A stretch of 64,000 bases of DNA. Source: an uncultured virus (IMG/VR IMGVR_UViG_3300032227_001252) (Duplodnaviria > Heunggongvirae > Uroviricota > Caudoviricetes). Made by a program: the position numbers and the translations under genes. Positions 40,330 to 49,970 of this stretch are shown piece by piece (position 1 is the first letter of the stretch; each line of letters begins with the position of its first letter). The stretch is taken from IMG/VR virus record IMGVR_UViG_3300032227_001252; one strand, given 5' to 3'. Under the pieces are notes generated by a model. The model was not told the DNA's origin, searched no databases, and was given only the letters and a program-made list of their open reading frames with translations.

Positions 40330-41313
40330 ATGTCGCAGCCCGTCCTGAACCCGGTGAACATCGGAGCCGTCGGCGCTGCCGTTCTGCTCGGCGGGCTCGG
40401 GTACGCCTTCACGAACAAGCCCGGATACGCCGCGGCAGGCGCTGTGACCGGCCTCGGGCTCGTACTCGGGTACTTCAAGGTCATCGAGCCGGGCCGCATC
40501 TACATGTTCGCCAAGCTCCGCCCTGGAGCCCGCGGGCTCGCAGTGGCCAAGGCCCAAGAGCGGCTCCTGAAGCACGGGTACCCGCCCCTCGCGGGTGAGA
40601 CCCCTGGCGTGTTCGGCACCTTCACTCAAGACGCCGTGAAGAAGTTCCAGAACGCACGCGGGCTCCCGACGACCGGCGTCATTGACTCCGCCACATGGTC
40701 TGAACTCGCTGCCCGCCCCAAGCAGGGTCTTACCGAGTACGACACCAACGACATCCTCAAGACCATGCGCCGCCTCGGCTACAAGGTGTCGGAGGACGGC
40801 AAGTGGAACATCGTCGGCCTGCGGTCGCGCGCAGGCTCGACCAACTCCTTCGACGACGAGATGCACCTCCTTCGCAAGACCGCGAAGGGGTGGGAGCACT
40901 ACGCCTACCCGATGACGGCTGACCCCGGCACCTATTACCTGACTACACCCTACAACGGGCAGGCAACTTCGGCAGTTGTACCGGGTCAATATCCAGACGC
41001 TTACACGTTCGGGCTGCACCGCGGCCAGTACGAGGCTCTCGTTCAGATTGGTCACCTCAAGGTGTACCGAGACGGGAACAGGGACGAGCGCTTCGACTAC
41101 GATCCGCGGAGCATCGTCACTGGGGTGTACGGCATCAACATCCACAAGGCGAGCGCAGACAGCAAGAGCGTCGACAAGTGGTCTGCTGGCTGTCAGGTCT
41201 TCGCGCGAGAGCGCGACTTCACCGAGTTCCTCAACCTGCTGAAGCAATCGGGTCAGCAGAAGTTCACCTACACGCTCCTCGCTGAGAACCAGGTGCGAGG
41301 ACTGATCGCGTAG
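40330..41313 (+). CDS. Membrane-anchored peptidoglycan-binding protein with YkuD/L,D-transpeptidase-like catalytic domain (lytic enzyme candidate)
   Basis: Two N-terminal TMs; PG_binding_1 (AVKKFQNARGLPTTGVIDSATW); GINIHKA...WSAGCQV His/Cys motif. Confidence 0.75.
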   Translation: MSQPVLNPVNIGAVGAAVLLGGLGYAFTNKPGYAAAGAVTGLGLVLGYFKVIEPGRIYMFAKLRPGARGLAVAKAQERLLKHGYPPLAGETPGVFGTFTQDAVKKFQNARGLPTTGVIDSATWSELAARPKQGLTEYDTNDILKTMRRLGYKVSEDGKWNIVGLRSRAGSTNSFDDEMHLLRKTAKGWEHYAYPMTADPGTYYLTTPYNGQATSAVVPGQYPDAYTFGLHRGQYEALVQIGHLKVYRDGNRDERFDYDPRSIVTGVYGINIHKASADSKSVDKWSAGCQVFARERDFTEFLNLLKQSGQQKFTYTLLAENQVRGLIA

Positions 41314-41373
41314 CACAACCAGAGGCTGCACTACAGGCGAACACGCTACCCTTCATCACAGGATCACCGCACC

Positions 41374-42108
41374 ATGAGCAACTTCCACTCCAGCTTCGGC
41401 GCGTTCGCCGGTGCAGACCTTGGCGATTTCGGCGCTGCTGGCAAGCCCCGCAAGAAGGCGGTCTCGGCCAATCAGCGCACGCAGCTCCTGAAGAAGTACC
41501 GCTGGCTTCGGGACGAGGACGAGCAGCTGAACTTCGCTTACGGCCACAAGATGCCGAAGCAGGCCAAGGCTGTCTTCCGCAAGTTGGCGCGCATGCGCGA
41601 TCACTTCCGCAAGAAGGCGATGGCAGTCATCGCAGGTCGTCAGGCGGGGCAGCTGGCAGGTCGGAGCTACCTCGCTCTGCACACGCTCGGCGTCTCCGAA
41701 CTGGCGCGCCTGGCCCTGAAGAAGCCCATCGCCAAGGCTCACAAGGCACGCGCTGTGAAGATCCTCGCGAAGGCCGACGCCTGCGACATGCTTCTCCGTT
41801 ACTGGGCCGGCAAGTTCCGGCAGCGCGCCGAGGACCTGCGCAAGAAGGCCGCCAAGAACACGGCGTTCGTCGCAGAGTTCCGCGCAGCAGCGGCCGCGGC
41901 TCAGGCTGGCGGTGCAGTTGTGGCTGACGGAGCCACTGAAGGAGCGGCGCCCGAGGCTGATGACATCGACATCACGGCGACGGTCTCCGCCTCCGAAGAG
42001 GACGATGATCAGGAGAGCGGGGACGTGGGCGGATTCATGGGTCTGTCGGGCCGTGAAGTTCTCGCCTTCGGTGCTCTTGGCGCCTTCGCGGGCCTCGCAG
42101 TTTCCTAG
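41374..42108 (+). CDS. Basic tail-anchored membrane protein
   Basis: N-terminal FGAFAGADLGDFGA; C-terminal hydrophobic tail. Confidence 0.75.
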   Translation: MSNFHSSFGAFAGADLGDFGAAGKPRKKAVSANQRTQLLKKYRWLRDEDEQLNFAYGHKMPKQAKAVFRKLARMRDHFRKKAMAVIAGRQAGQLAGRSYLALHTLGVSELARLALKKPIAKAHKARAVKILAKADACDMLLRYWAGKFRQRAEDLRKKAAKNTAFVAEFRAAAAAAQAGGAVVADGATEGAAPEADDIDITATVSASEEDDDQESGDVGGFMGLSGREVLAFGALGAFAGLAVS

Positions 42109-42130
42109 CCCGCCGCGATACGTGAGAGCC

Positions 42131-42358
42131 ATGCAGCGATCCCTCGAAACCGCGAAGTACATGGCTCTCCTCCACGACCTCCTCAAGGAGGCGCACGAGG
42201 ACGGGGTCGACCCTGACGAGATCATGGACGGCCTCATCTGCGGGTTCATCACCGTGGGGATCCACAATAGGATCGAGCCGGAAGCGGTATTCTGGGAGCT
42301 ACGCGAGCGGTGGAGCACTGCTCGCGAACTTCATTCGACAATCGTGTCGGGACACTAA
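42131..42358 (+). CDS. Small hypothetical protein
   Basis: 75 aa from ATG 42131; helical, typical codon bias. Confidence 0.55.
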   Translation: MQRSLETAKYMALLHDLLKEAHEDGVDPDEIMDGLICGFITVGIHNRIEPEAVFWELRERWSTARELHSTIVSGH

Positions 42359-42423
42359 GCGTCCTGCGCCCAGGGACGAAGCCCCGACTGCTTCTGAATG
42401 GTAATCAAGAGTCGGAGGCATCC

Positions 42424-44151
42424 ATGCACGAGGGCGTTCCCCACACCAGCACCACCGCCGTAGGCTACGGCATGCTCAACGCGTTGGGCATCCTCGCCGA
42501 CGCGTTCGCGGATGCTGTGCCCTCCAAGGGTGATTTCGAGGCCGCCGTCGCACGCCAGGGCGCGTTGAAGCTCGGCGGCAAGCCGCTGAAGGCGGCGATC
42601 GCAGCGCTCCGCGGTGCCAACCCCGCAGCCGCGAAGGCTGTGCTCCGCAACCTCACCCGCCTCATTGACGCGACTGTCACTGCGGCACGCCGCGCAGAGA
42701 AGAAGAAGGACAAGGCACGGGCGAAGGCACTTCGTGCCCGCGCTCACGACCTCCGTACCATCTCCCTCTTCGCAGCCACGAGGTTCCGTATTCGCGCGGT
42801 CACCCACGCGCGAGCCGCCGGCATCAAGACCGCTCCTCCGAAGGTCTCCGAGGTCGCGCAGCTCTCCAAGTCGGAGCAGTCGGGCAAGATGACCATCGGC
42901 GAGGAGATCCCCTCTGGCGTGCCCGGTGCGGCGCCCGAGATCTCCTACCTTGGCATCAAGGCTGACGAGATGGCAGGCGACGACTACAGCGACGTGGGCG
43001 CAGCCTTGGCAGGCTACGCCGGTGCATGTGGCTGTGGCTACGGCGACGTGAGCACGCTCTCGGTCGATGACTCTGACATCAACGACCCCGAACTCAACGA
43101 GGACGCCGCGCTCTTCCTCCTTCTCCCGAAGGTTGAGCAGGCTGCTGTCGCTGACGCTGCTCTCGTCTACCCGGGCGCAGCCAAGGCACTCAGCCAGGGC
43201 TTCCTGACCCGCTCCGCTCGACTTGCAGCTCGCGCCTTCACGTTCCTGCGTAAGCAGCGCATCGCGGCGGCCGACATTTCTTGGAGTGCGCCACAGGGTT
43301 CGCTCCAGGCGTCGAGCGCCCGTCGTCACCTTGCAGCCGCCAACAACCTCATCGTCTACTGGGCTCAGCGCTACTACCAGCGCTACCTCGAGGACGCGCT
43401 CGCAGCGAGCGGCAAGCTCCCCAACGGTACCAAGACGCTTCAGGCTCAGGTGACTGCACCTGCAGCGGCGAAGTTTGCTCTGGCAACGCAGCGTGCTGCT
43501 GCTCCCAATCAGGCGATGCAGCTCGCGGCTTCTTCAGCAGCCAAGAACGAGGCAGCCTCCGCAGCAGCAGCGGTCATCAAGGCGTCGAGCGCGACCATGC
43601 CGAGTGTCGCTGCAGCGATCCGCGACACCACGGCGAAGAAGGCCCTCGCGGCAGCGCTCAAGGACTACCGTGAGGAGCTGACCAAGGAGATCTTCGACGA
43701 GGCAGCAGCCTACGGTCGTGCGACCGCGCGCTCTCTCGCAGTGCCCGCGCAGCATCACCGTGCTCGTCTCCGCGATCTCCTCGCGAAGCGGCGTGCGGTC
43801 ATCGTTCGTGAGCTGGGTCTGACGGCAGGTCAGGCCAAGCAGCTCTTCGCGCTCGAGTCCCGCATCATGACGGTGTTGGCGGACAAGGCGGGCAACGAGT
43901 ACCGCGTGTCCGTCGCCAAGACGCCGCCGGTTCGCGCGAAGCTCACTGCGAAGATCACCAACAACGAGAAGATCCTGGCTGCCCTCCGCGAGAAGCGTCG
44001 TCTGCTCCTGAAGTTCGCCAAGGCTGGAAAGCCCTCCGGCCTCGCGGGCCTCATGGTGGACGTCGGTGACGCAGTGTCGGATCTCGGGTGGGCAGGCTTC
44101 GGTCTCGGTGCCGCAGGTCTGGTGATCGGCGGGGCACTGGGCTCCCGGTAG
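42424..44151 (+). CDS. Ala/Lys/Arg-rich tail-anchored protein
   Basis: SD GGAGG; YG/LG motifs (GYAGACGCGYGD); C-terminal TM. Confidence 0.8.
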   Translation: MHEGVPHTSTTAVGYGMLNALGILADAFADAVPSKGDFEAAVARQGALKLGGKPLKAAIAALRGANPAAAKAVLRNLTRLIDATVTAARRAEKKKDKARAKALRARAHDLRTISLFAATRFRIRAVTHARAAGIKTAPPKVSEVAQLSKSEQSGKMTIGEEIPSGVPGAAPEISYLGIKADEMAGDDYSDVGAALAGYAGACGCGYGDVSTLSVDDSDINDPELNEDAALFLLLPKVEQAAVADAALVYPGAAKALSQGFLTRSARLAARAFTFLRKQRIAAADISWSAPQGSLQASSARRHLAAANNLIVYWAQRYYQRYLEDALAASGKLPNGTKTLQAQVTAPAAAKFALATQRAAAPNQAMQLAASSAAKNEAASAAAAVIKASSATMPSVAAAIRDTTAKKALAAALKDYREELTKEIFDEAAAYGRATARSLAVPAQHHRARLRDLLAKRRAVIVRELGLTAGQAKQLFALESRIMTVLADKAGNEYRVSVAKTPPVRAKLTAKITNNEKILAALREKRRLLLKFAKAGKPSGLAGLMVDVGDAVSDLGWAGFGLGAAGLVIGGALGSR

Positions 44152-44159
44152 GGTGCCCC

Positions 44160-44990
44160 GTGAAAGAGGTCGCCGAGTGTAAGAGGTTCGAGACCGCCTT
44201 CGACAAGGCCAAGGCTGCGCGCAAGGACACCAAGCTCTTCTCTGCGAAGCGGAAGGCCGCCAAGAAGAAGGAGGCTGAGGCCAAGCGCGCGCTGAAGACC
44301 TGCATCAAGTCCAACACCGGTAAGGGCGGGCTCCGTTTCACGAAGGGGCTCGCACGCGCCGCGGCTGACGCCAAGGTCAAGTTCCCGCTCAGGCGGGACT
44401 TCCACAAGCACGCGGGCCTCTTCAAGGCTGACAACCTCACTCGGGACGCCTTCAAGGTGAAGACCGACGACGAGGTCATGCCCGCAGCTCGGAAGTTCGC
44501 CAAGAAGAACGACCTCGACGAAGCAGCTCAACACGCAGCCGCGGTCTACATCCTTCAGGACGCGCTGAAGGGGACACAGGCCGGTTTCATCACCGCGCAG
44601 GTCACCCTCGCGGTGCTGGACGCGCTCGTTGGAGTTGTGTCCCTCGGCTCTTACGCCGCTGCAGCCCCCTTCATCCATGCGGGCGTGGGTGCAGGTCAGA
44701 CTGTGTCCGTGGCGGCCATCAAGGCCGACATGAACAAGCACGAGGAGATGTACAAGAACGCCCTCGCCAAGCGCAAATCGAAGCGAGACGCGGCAGCGGC
44801 TCTGAAGGCGCAGAAGGAGCAGGAGAAAGCGGCCGGTGAACTGGCTGCGTCCGCAGCGGAGCGCAAGCAGACCGCCCTCACAGCGATGGCTTCTGTGAAG
44901 CCCTGGTACACGGAGCCGCTCGTGATCGGCGCCGCTGTCCTGCTTGGGGCTTCTGTCGTCGGCTTCGTGGCCACGAAAGATCGCTCGTGA
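44160..44990 (+). CDS. Basic membrane protein
   Basis: GTG start; internal hydrophobic segment and C-terminal TM. Confidence 0.7.
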   Translation: MKEVAECKRFETAFDKAKAARKDTKLFSAKRKAAKKKEAEAKRALKTCIKSNTGKGGLRFTKGLARAAADAKVKFPLRRDFHKHAGLFKADNLTRDAFKVKTDDEVMPAARKFAKKNDLDEAAQHAAAVYILQDALKGTQAGFITAQVTLAVLDALVGVVSLGSYAAAAPFIHAGVGAGQTVSVAAIKADMNKHEEMYKNALAKRKSKRDAAAALKAQKEQEKAAGELAASAAERKQTALTAMASVKPWYTEPLVIGAAVLLGASVVGFVATKDRS

Positions 44991-45625
44991 CCGCCCCGCG
45001 CATCGTCCTCGTTGGGGACAGTCAGGCTGAGGCGCTCTGGCCGCGTGTCCAGAAGCTGATGCCCGAAGCGGACTTCGTACTGTCTCGCTTCCAGCGCGGG
45101 TGGTCAGAGTGGAGCTACAAGAAGGACGGCACCTTGGCAGAGCAGCTCGCCGCTGCGCGCCCAGACCTCGTCGTCATCGAACTGGGCGGCAACAACTCCT
45201 TCCTCTCGGAAGCGAAGTACCGCCCGAACATCGACTGGGTGCTGAACGCAGCGAAGGCTTCGGGCGCCCGCAAGATCCTGTGGCTCGGACCGGCTGCTGC
45301 CACCAAGGAGCCGTTCAAGTCCAACAAGGAGTGGACACGCGCCTACCAGAGTCAGTATCTGCCCCAGATGGGCGTCCTCTGGTACGACAACTTCCCGCAC
45401 ACGCAGGCGGGCCACGTTGATGGCGTCCACTTCGGCGGGAACGTCTACAACGCCTGGGCGCCTGCCCTCGTAGAGCAGATCAAGAAGGCTCTGACCGAAG
45501 CGCCTTCTGAAGTTGTTCCCCATTCAGCGCGCTCTTCCGACAAGACTGCCCTCTACGCAGGTCTTGGAGTCCTAGCTGGAGGCGTCCTTCTGGCGTTCGC
45601 GCTCCGGCGGCTGACCTCGACTTGA
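44987..45625 (+). CDS. SGNH/GDSL hydrolase with C-terminal TM anchor
   Basis: VLVGDSQ, IELGGNN, DGVH. Confidence 0.88.
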   Translation: MTAPRIVLVGDSQAEALWPRVQKLMPEADFVLSRFQRGWSEWSYKKDGTLAEQLAAARPDLVVIELGGNNSFLSEAKYRPNIDWVLNAAKASGARKILWLGPAAATKEPFKSNKEWTRAYQSQYLPQMGVLWYDNFPHTQAGHVDGVHFGGNVYNAWAPALVEQIKKALTEAPSEVVPHSARSSDKTALYAGLGVLAGGVLLAFALRRLTST

Positions 45626-45684
45626 GTGCTACGCTGGACTGTCTCGTCCTTCCTCTTCATGCTCTACTTCAGGTGGAGGCCGTC

Positions 45685-45873
45685 ATGGCAAAGAACCGCA
45701 AGAAGAACCCCGGCGTCGAGACGTTCTACGCCGAGATGGCAGACATGGGCGTTCCCGCTCTCGAGAACCCCCGGGGCAAGGGCCGCAAGGGTGGCGGCGT
45801 CAACCGTGGCGTCGAGAGCTCGTACTCGGCCCTCGCCGACGAGATCGCTGAAGCCACCGGCCAGTTCAAGTAG
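45685..45873 (+). CDS. Small NP-motif protein
   Basis: SD GGAGG; MAKNRKKNP...ALENPRGK. Confidence 0.7.
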   Translation: MAKNRKKNPGVETFYAEMADMGVPALENPRGKGRKGGGVNRGVESSYSALADEIAEATGQFK

Positions 45874-45914
45874 ACCCTGCTCCGCGCGGTTATAGGCCTG
45901 CGCGAGGAGGATAC

Positions 45915-46283
45915 GTGAACGACCCGATCTTCACCGCTGCGATGTCCAACGTCGAGGCTCTCTTGCGCGCCGCTGTGCGTGCTGGAGAGACCGGCGATGC
46001 TGGAGCCGTCGGAGCGGAGCTCGTGCGTGCAGCCTTGAACATCGGGGTCCAGATCGGATCCCTCAAGACGCGCTACGCGGCGAACTACCCCAGCACCCCT
46101 CAGGCGAAGCAGATCGAGAAGGCGCTTCGCATGCTGCAGACGACTGCCGTACGGGCGTACGCCCGTGTCGAAGAACTCCGAGGAGCAGAGACCGAGGACG
46201 AGATCCTCGATGAGCCCGCGCAGCCTACCGCTGAGTTCGAGACGCCGTACAGTGAGGAAGAGGAGAGCGAGTACATCCCATGA
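45915..46283 (+). CDS. Hypothetical protein
   Basis: SD GAGGAGG with GTG start. Confidence 0.7.
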   Translation: MNDPIFTAAMSNVEALLRAAVRAGETGDAGAVGAELVRAALNIGVQIGSLKTRYAANYPSTPQAKQIEKALRMLQTTAVRAYARVEELRGAETEDEILDEPAQPTAEFETPYSEEEESEYIP

Positions 46284-46534
46284 GCGTCAGCATGCGAGAC
46301 CGCCTCCTCGACGTCGCCGCGACCCAGATGGGTCTGAAGGTCGATCCTGTCGTGCAGAAGAGGCGCGAGGAGCAGGCTGCTTTCAAGACGTATCAGGCGA
46401 AGCAGGCTCTTGGTCTCGCAAAGGTGTCCAGGCAGGTAGCCTACGTCGGCGCCGGTCTTACAGCCTTCTCCATCGTCGCGGTCATGCTCTTCCTCGCCAA
46501 GCGCAGTGTCTCCGCGCAGTCCATCGAGGGATAG
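46280..46534 (+). CDS. Small membrane protein
   Basis: C-terminal TM; ATGA coupling. Confidence 0.7.
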   Translation: MSVSMRDRLLDVAATQMGLKVDPVVQKRREEQAAFKTYQAKQALGLAKVSRQVAYVGAGLTAFSIVAVMLFLAKRSVSAQSIEG

Positions 46535-46592
46535 CACTCGCGTGACCGCCCCATCCCGTCGACCGCCTACTCTCCACCAGTAGAGGTTCCGG

Positions 46593-47228
46593 ATGAGCAC
46601 GAAGTCGTACGCGGCAAGCAAGCGCAGCGCCCATGCTGAGCTGGGCCACGCCATCCGCAATCTCCAGGGCGAGATCCGCCGCCGCAACGAGCAGATCCAG
46701 AAGCTCACCAACCGCGCCGGGAAGACGAGCTGGAGCGAGGTTGGAAAGCGCCAGTACCTCGGCAACGAAGTTGAGGAACTGAAGCGCCAGAACGCCAAGG
46801 ACGCGGCCAAGATCAAGAGCCTCGAGAAGGACGCAAAGGCTGCTCTCGCGCTGCTCAACGAGGCGCTCGAGATCGAGCGTGGAGCAGAGGCTTTCCGCCG
46901 CAAATACACCGGGCTCGTCCTCGACGCCAACCAGCGGCACGCCGCCTTGAGCGTAGACATCAAGAAGATCGACGCCAAGATCCGAGAGCTGGAGGCGGAC
47001 TACAACCGCGCCGGGACGCTCGACATCGCCGCGAAGGGCTTCATCCGTGACCGACAGAAGGCGCTCAAGGCCAAGCGGAACGCCGCGGTGCTCGGTCAGC
47101 AGAAGCAGATCGAGCGCAAGCGCCACTTCGAGTCCAAGATCGCTCTCGTCGACAAGGTGACGTCTTCGGGCCTCGCAGGGTGGGGCGTTGCCGCACTCGG
47201 CGGTCTGTTCGTCGCCGCCAACATCTGA
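46593..47228 (+). CDS. Coiled-coil tail-anchored protein
   Basis: Heptad pattern; C-terminal GWGVAALGGLFVAANI. Confidence 0.75.
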   Translation: MSTKSYAASKRSAHAELGHAIRNLQGEIRRRNEQIQKLTNRAGKTSWSEVGKRQYLGNEVEELKRQNAKDAAKIKSLEKDAKAALALLNEALEIERGAEAFRRKYTGLVLDANQRHAALSVDIKKIDAKIRELEADYNRAGTLDIAAKGFIRDRQKALKAKRNAAVLGQQKQIERKRHFESKIALVDKVTSSGLAGWGVAALGGLFVAANI

Positions 47229-47255
47229 CCCCTCTCTCACCTACAGGAGCCTATC

Positions 47256-47798
47256 ATGGCCAACTTCGTCGAAGTCCAGTCTTCCGTCAGCGTCCAGTTC
47301 TTCGCCGCTGATGCAGGCGTCGTTCAGCAGAACCTCGTCGCCAACCCTCTCACCGTCCTCGCCAACCGCTCCTACAACGTGGCTGACTTCGCCGTGTGCG
47401 TGCTTGTCGGCGGCGGCGCAGGCAACCCCGGCGTCGACCAGGCTCGCATCAACATCGACGAGTACACGACCGCTGGCGCACTCGTGACGGCTCTCGGTAC
47501 GGTGCCGGCAGACAACGCCAACGCCAACACCTGGATCCGCCCGGCGAGCGCCACCATCACCGTGGCTCCGGCGGCTGCAACTGCGGCCCTGATCGGCAGC
47601 GCGACTGTGGCTCGCGGCAACAACCTCCGCATCTCTGCTTCGTCCTCGGGCGCCAGCGTGGCGTCCAACGTCCGTGCTCTCGGCACACTCCGAGTCCTTC
47701 CGGGCAACCGCTACAGCGCGACCACCTTGACGACCGCTTACTACGCGAACAACACCGCGTCGGGCGCGCAGGGCAGCTCCGCGACTCAGTCCATCTAG
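47256..47798 (+). CDS. Beta-rich structural protein, paralog A
   Basis: SD CAGGAG; ends LPGNRYSA...AYYANN.ASGAQGSSA.QSI. Confidence 0.75.
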   Translation: MANFVEVQSSVSVQFFAADAGVVQQNLVANPLTVLANRSYNVADFAVCVLVGGGAGNPGVDQARINIDEYTTAGALVTALGTVPADNANANTWIRPASATITVAPAAATAALIGSATVARGNNLRISASSSGASVASNVRALGTLRVLPGNRYSATTLTTAYYANNTASGAQGSSATQSI

Positions 47799-47828
47799 TC
47801 TTTCACCCTCTTCTCACAGGAGCCTCTC

Positions 47829-48311
47829 ATGGCCAACACCATCTCCGTCCGTTCCTCCCAGGTCGTTCAGTTCAACCTCGACACCAACGGCGCTGGCGCC
47901 ACCGCGCCCAAGCTCACGCTGCTCTGCAACCGTGACTACAACGTGGTCGACTACCTCGTTCTCGTCACGGCGGCCGCGGGCGGCGCAGGCAACCTGACCG
48001 TGCAGTCCACGGACATCCAGGCGGTGCCCGTCACCACGACGATCGGTTTCGTGACCGGCGTCGCCGCGAACGCCTACCAGCGCCCCACTCAGAGCAACGT
48101 CGCTGCCAACACCGGTTACCTCCCGGCCTCGGCAGTCGTCGTTCGCGGCGGCACGCTCACTCTCGCGTCCACCGACGCCGGTGACTTCAGCCAGGGCTAC
48201 CTGACGATCCTCCCGGGCAACCGCTACAGCGCAGTGACGTCGGGCACGGCGTACTACGCCAACAACGTGACCTCGGGCGCTCAGGGCTCCAGCGCAGTCG
48301 CTTCGATCTGA
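47829..48311 (+). CDS. Beta-rich structural protein, paralog B
   Basis: Shares NRxYNVxD and the whole C-terminus with 47256-47798. Confidence 0.75.
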   Translation: MANTISVRSSQVVQFNLDTNGAGATAPKLTLLCNRDYNVVDYLVLVTAAAGGAGNLTVQSTDIQAVPVTTTIGFVTGVAANAYQRPTQSNVAANTGYLPASAVVVRGGTLTLASTDAGDFSQGYLTILPGNRYSAVTSGTAYYANNVTSGAQGSSAVASI

Positions 48312-48340
48312 TCTGATCGACGATCCGTCCCTACACGGAT

Positions 48341-48381
48341 ACACAGGGGCGTGGTTCCTTCGGGGGCCACGCCCTTCGTGT
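48341..48381 (+). terminator. Stem-loop with cUUCGg tetraloop (terminator or mRNA stabiliser)
   Basis: GGGGCGTGGTTCC-TTCG-GGGGCCACGCCCT; weak U-tract. Confidence 0.7.
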
Positions 48382-48391
48382 TGGGAGTCAC

Positions 48392-48787
48392 ATGAGCGCG
48401 CTCTGGGATCGGACTGTACGTTTCCTCCGCAGGATCAAGGCCTTCGTCTTTCCCGTCGCGGGCTGGAAGAAGCGCATCGCCAAGTACCGAGGCGGTCAGA
48501 CTGCGTGGGCCCTCCCTGGAGCCCCCGAGGGCGCGCCGGGTGTCGGGCCTTGGCCTCTCGAGTGGACTCCCTGCATCGTCACGTTCGAGCATGACGAGGA
48601 GGGCAAGCCAACCGGCGCCAAGCTCGAGTTCCTGAACTTCACCTCGGACGTGTCCGGCCGTATGGCTGAAGACGAAGAGGCGGTAGCCTGTGCCCGGTGC
48701 GGCATCCACATGCACGTTGCCGACACCGACATGGAGACGAACCTCGACGTTCCGCTGTGCCCTTGGTGTGTCCGCGTTGCCGAGTAG
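48392..48787 (+). CDS. Small Zn-ribbon protein
   Basis: CARC...CPWC; SD GGGAG. Confidence 0.65.
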   Translation: MSALWDRTVRFLRRIKAFVFPVAGWKKRIAKYRGGQTAWALPGAPEGAPGVGPWPLEWTPCIVTFEHDEEGKPTGAKLEFLNFTSDVSGRMAEDEEAVACARCGIHMHVADTDMETNLDVPLCPWCVRVAE

Positions 48788-48820
48788 ACATGATACCCTC
48801 TTCTCGACTGGAGTCCCTCC

Positions 48821-49180
48821 ATGGCCAATCGCTTCGCCATCCGCAACCCGCAGACGATCCGCCTCGTCGTTGACTCTGACGCGACCGGTGCAGGTGTCAG
48901 CTACACGGCTCTGGGCCCGTTCGAGATCATCGAGTCTTGGGTCATCAACACCGTGGCTGTGGCCAACAACACGACCATCAAAAATGGCGCGACCACGCTC
49001 GCGACGGTCGCCTCTGGCGCTGCTGTCGGCGACGTCGATTACGCCATCCCGCTCGGCGCCGCGGACATCACCAAGCTCTACTTCGGCCCCGGTGACGTCT
49101 TGAACGTCACTGCGAGCGCTGGGACGGCACGCTTCGAGGCGTTCTTCACCATCCTTCCTGGCGTCACTGCCGCGACCTGA
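48821..49180 (+). CDS. Small beta-rich structural protein
   Basis: FEIIESWV...FGPGDVLNV; SD GGAG. Confidence 0.65.
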   Translation: MANRFAIRNPQTIRLVVDSDATGAGVSYTALGPFEIIESWVINTVAVANNTTIKNGATTLATVASGAAVGDVDYAIPLGAADITKLYFGPGDVLNVTASAGTARFEAFFTILPGVTAAT

Positions 49181-49192
49181 TAGGAGCACGCC

Positions 49193-49555
49193 ATGGCGAA
49201 CACGCAGAACTACTACTACGCAGTCCAGACCCACTACTTCAAGCTGGACACGGACATCACCGCGGGCCTGCTGAGCCCCGTCTTCAACCGGAACTTCCGA
49301 GTTCTGGATGCAACGGTGTTCGTGACTGCACCTGTCGGCGGGGCCACGCTGACGATCAACCGCATCCGTGGCGGAGTGGCGACCACCGTTGCGGTTCTCG
49401 ACGTGTCGGGTGTCGGCCGCGCGCCCTTCGTCCTGGACATCAGCCAGACCAATGGACTCTTCGAGAGCGGCGACCAACTGCAGCTCCTCACGAGCGCGGG
49501 TGCAGGTGCGGTCGATGCGAACGTCATCGTCTACCTGCAGCAGTTCAGCGTTTGA
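49193..49555 (+). CDS. Small beta-rich structural protein
   Basis: RNFRVLDATV...FESGDQLQL; SD AGGAG. Confidence 0.65.
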   Translation: MANTQNYYYAVQTHYFKLDTDITAGLLSPVFNRNFRVLDATVFVTAPVGGATLTINRIRGGVATTVAVLDVSGVGRAPFVLDISQTNGLFESGDQLQLLTSAGAGAVDANVIVYLQQFSV

Positions 49556-49572
49556 CGCGTTAGTGTCGGGGC

Positions 49573-49920
49573 ATGACCTCGACACCTCGGTTCAAATCTC
49601 CAGCCCTTATCGAGCTCACGACTGACCGCGAAGGGCTGTCGAGCGTTACCCTCACTCGCGACGTGAAGGTGGTTGACGCCTTCGCGTTCGCCCACGGCGT
49701 CGCTGACGGGGCGTTCTTTCAGATCACCGTTCTGGACGGGCCTGCTATGCAGAACTGGAACCTGATCGGCGAGACGATGTTCGTCAACGACACCATCGTC
49801 AGGGCTGCGCACCTGAACTCCGCCAAGGCTTTGGTGAAGACCGGCCAGAGCCTGGCTGTCATCATGAGCGGACAGGCGACCGCCACGATCTGCTTGTGGG
49901 TCATCCCCCAGCCGAAATAG
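49573..49920 (+). CDS. Small beta-rich structural protein
   Basis: RDVKVVDAFA...VKTGQSLAV; leaderless start. Confidence 0.6.
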   Translation: MTSTPRFKSPALIELTTDREGLSSVTLTRDVKVVDAFAFAHGVADGAFFQITVLDGPAMQNWNLIGETMFVNDTIVRAAHLNSAKALVKTGQSLAVIMSGQATATICLWVIPQPK

Positions 49921-49970
49921 CAGGGCACACGCAGCCGCGCCGAAGCGTGTAGCCGTGCTACCCTGCCAAC

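Noticed and set aside
6853..46537. TAGCAC as merely a stop-codon context or a reversed extended -10
   Set aside because: TAG is the upstream stop in only some cases, the reverse-strand -7 T is usually missing, and the motif keeps the same register in both orientations. At 62012-62021 and 45626-45635 it may really be an extended -10.
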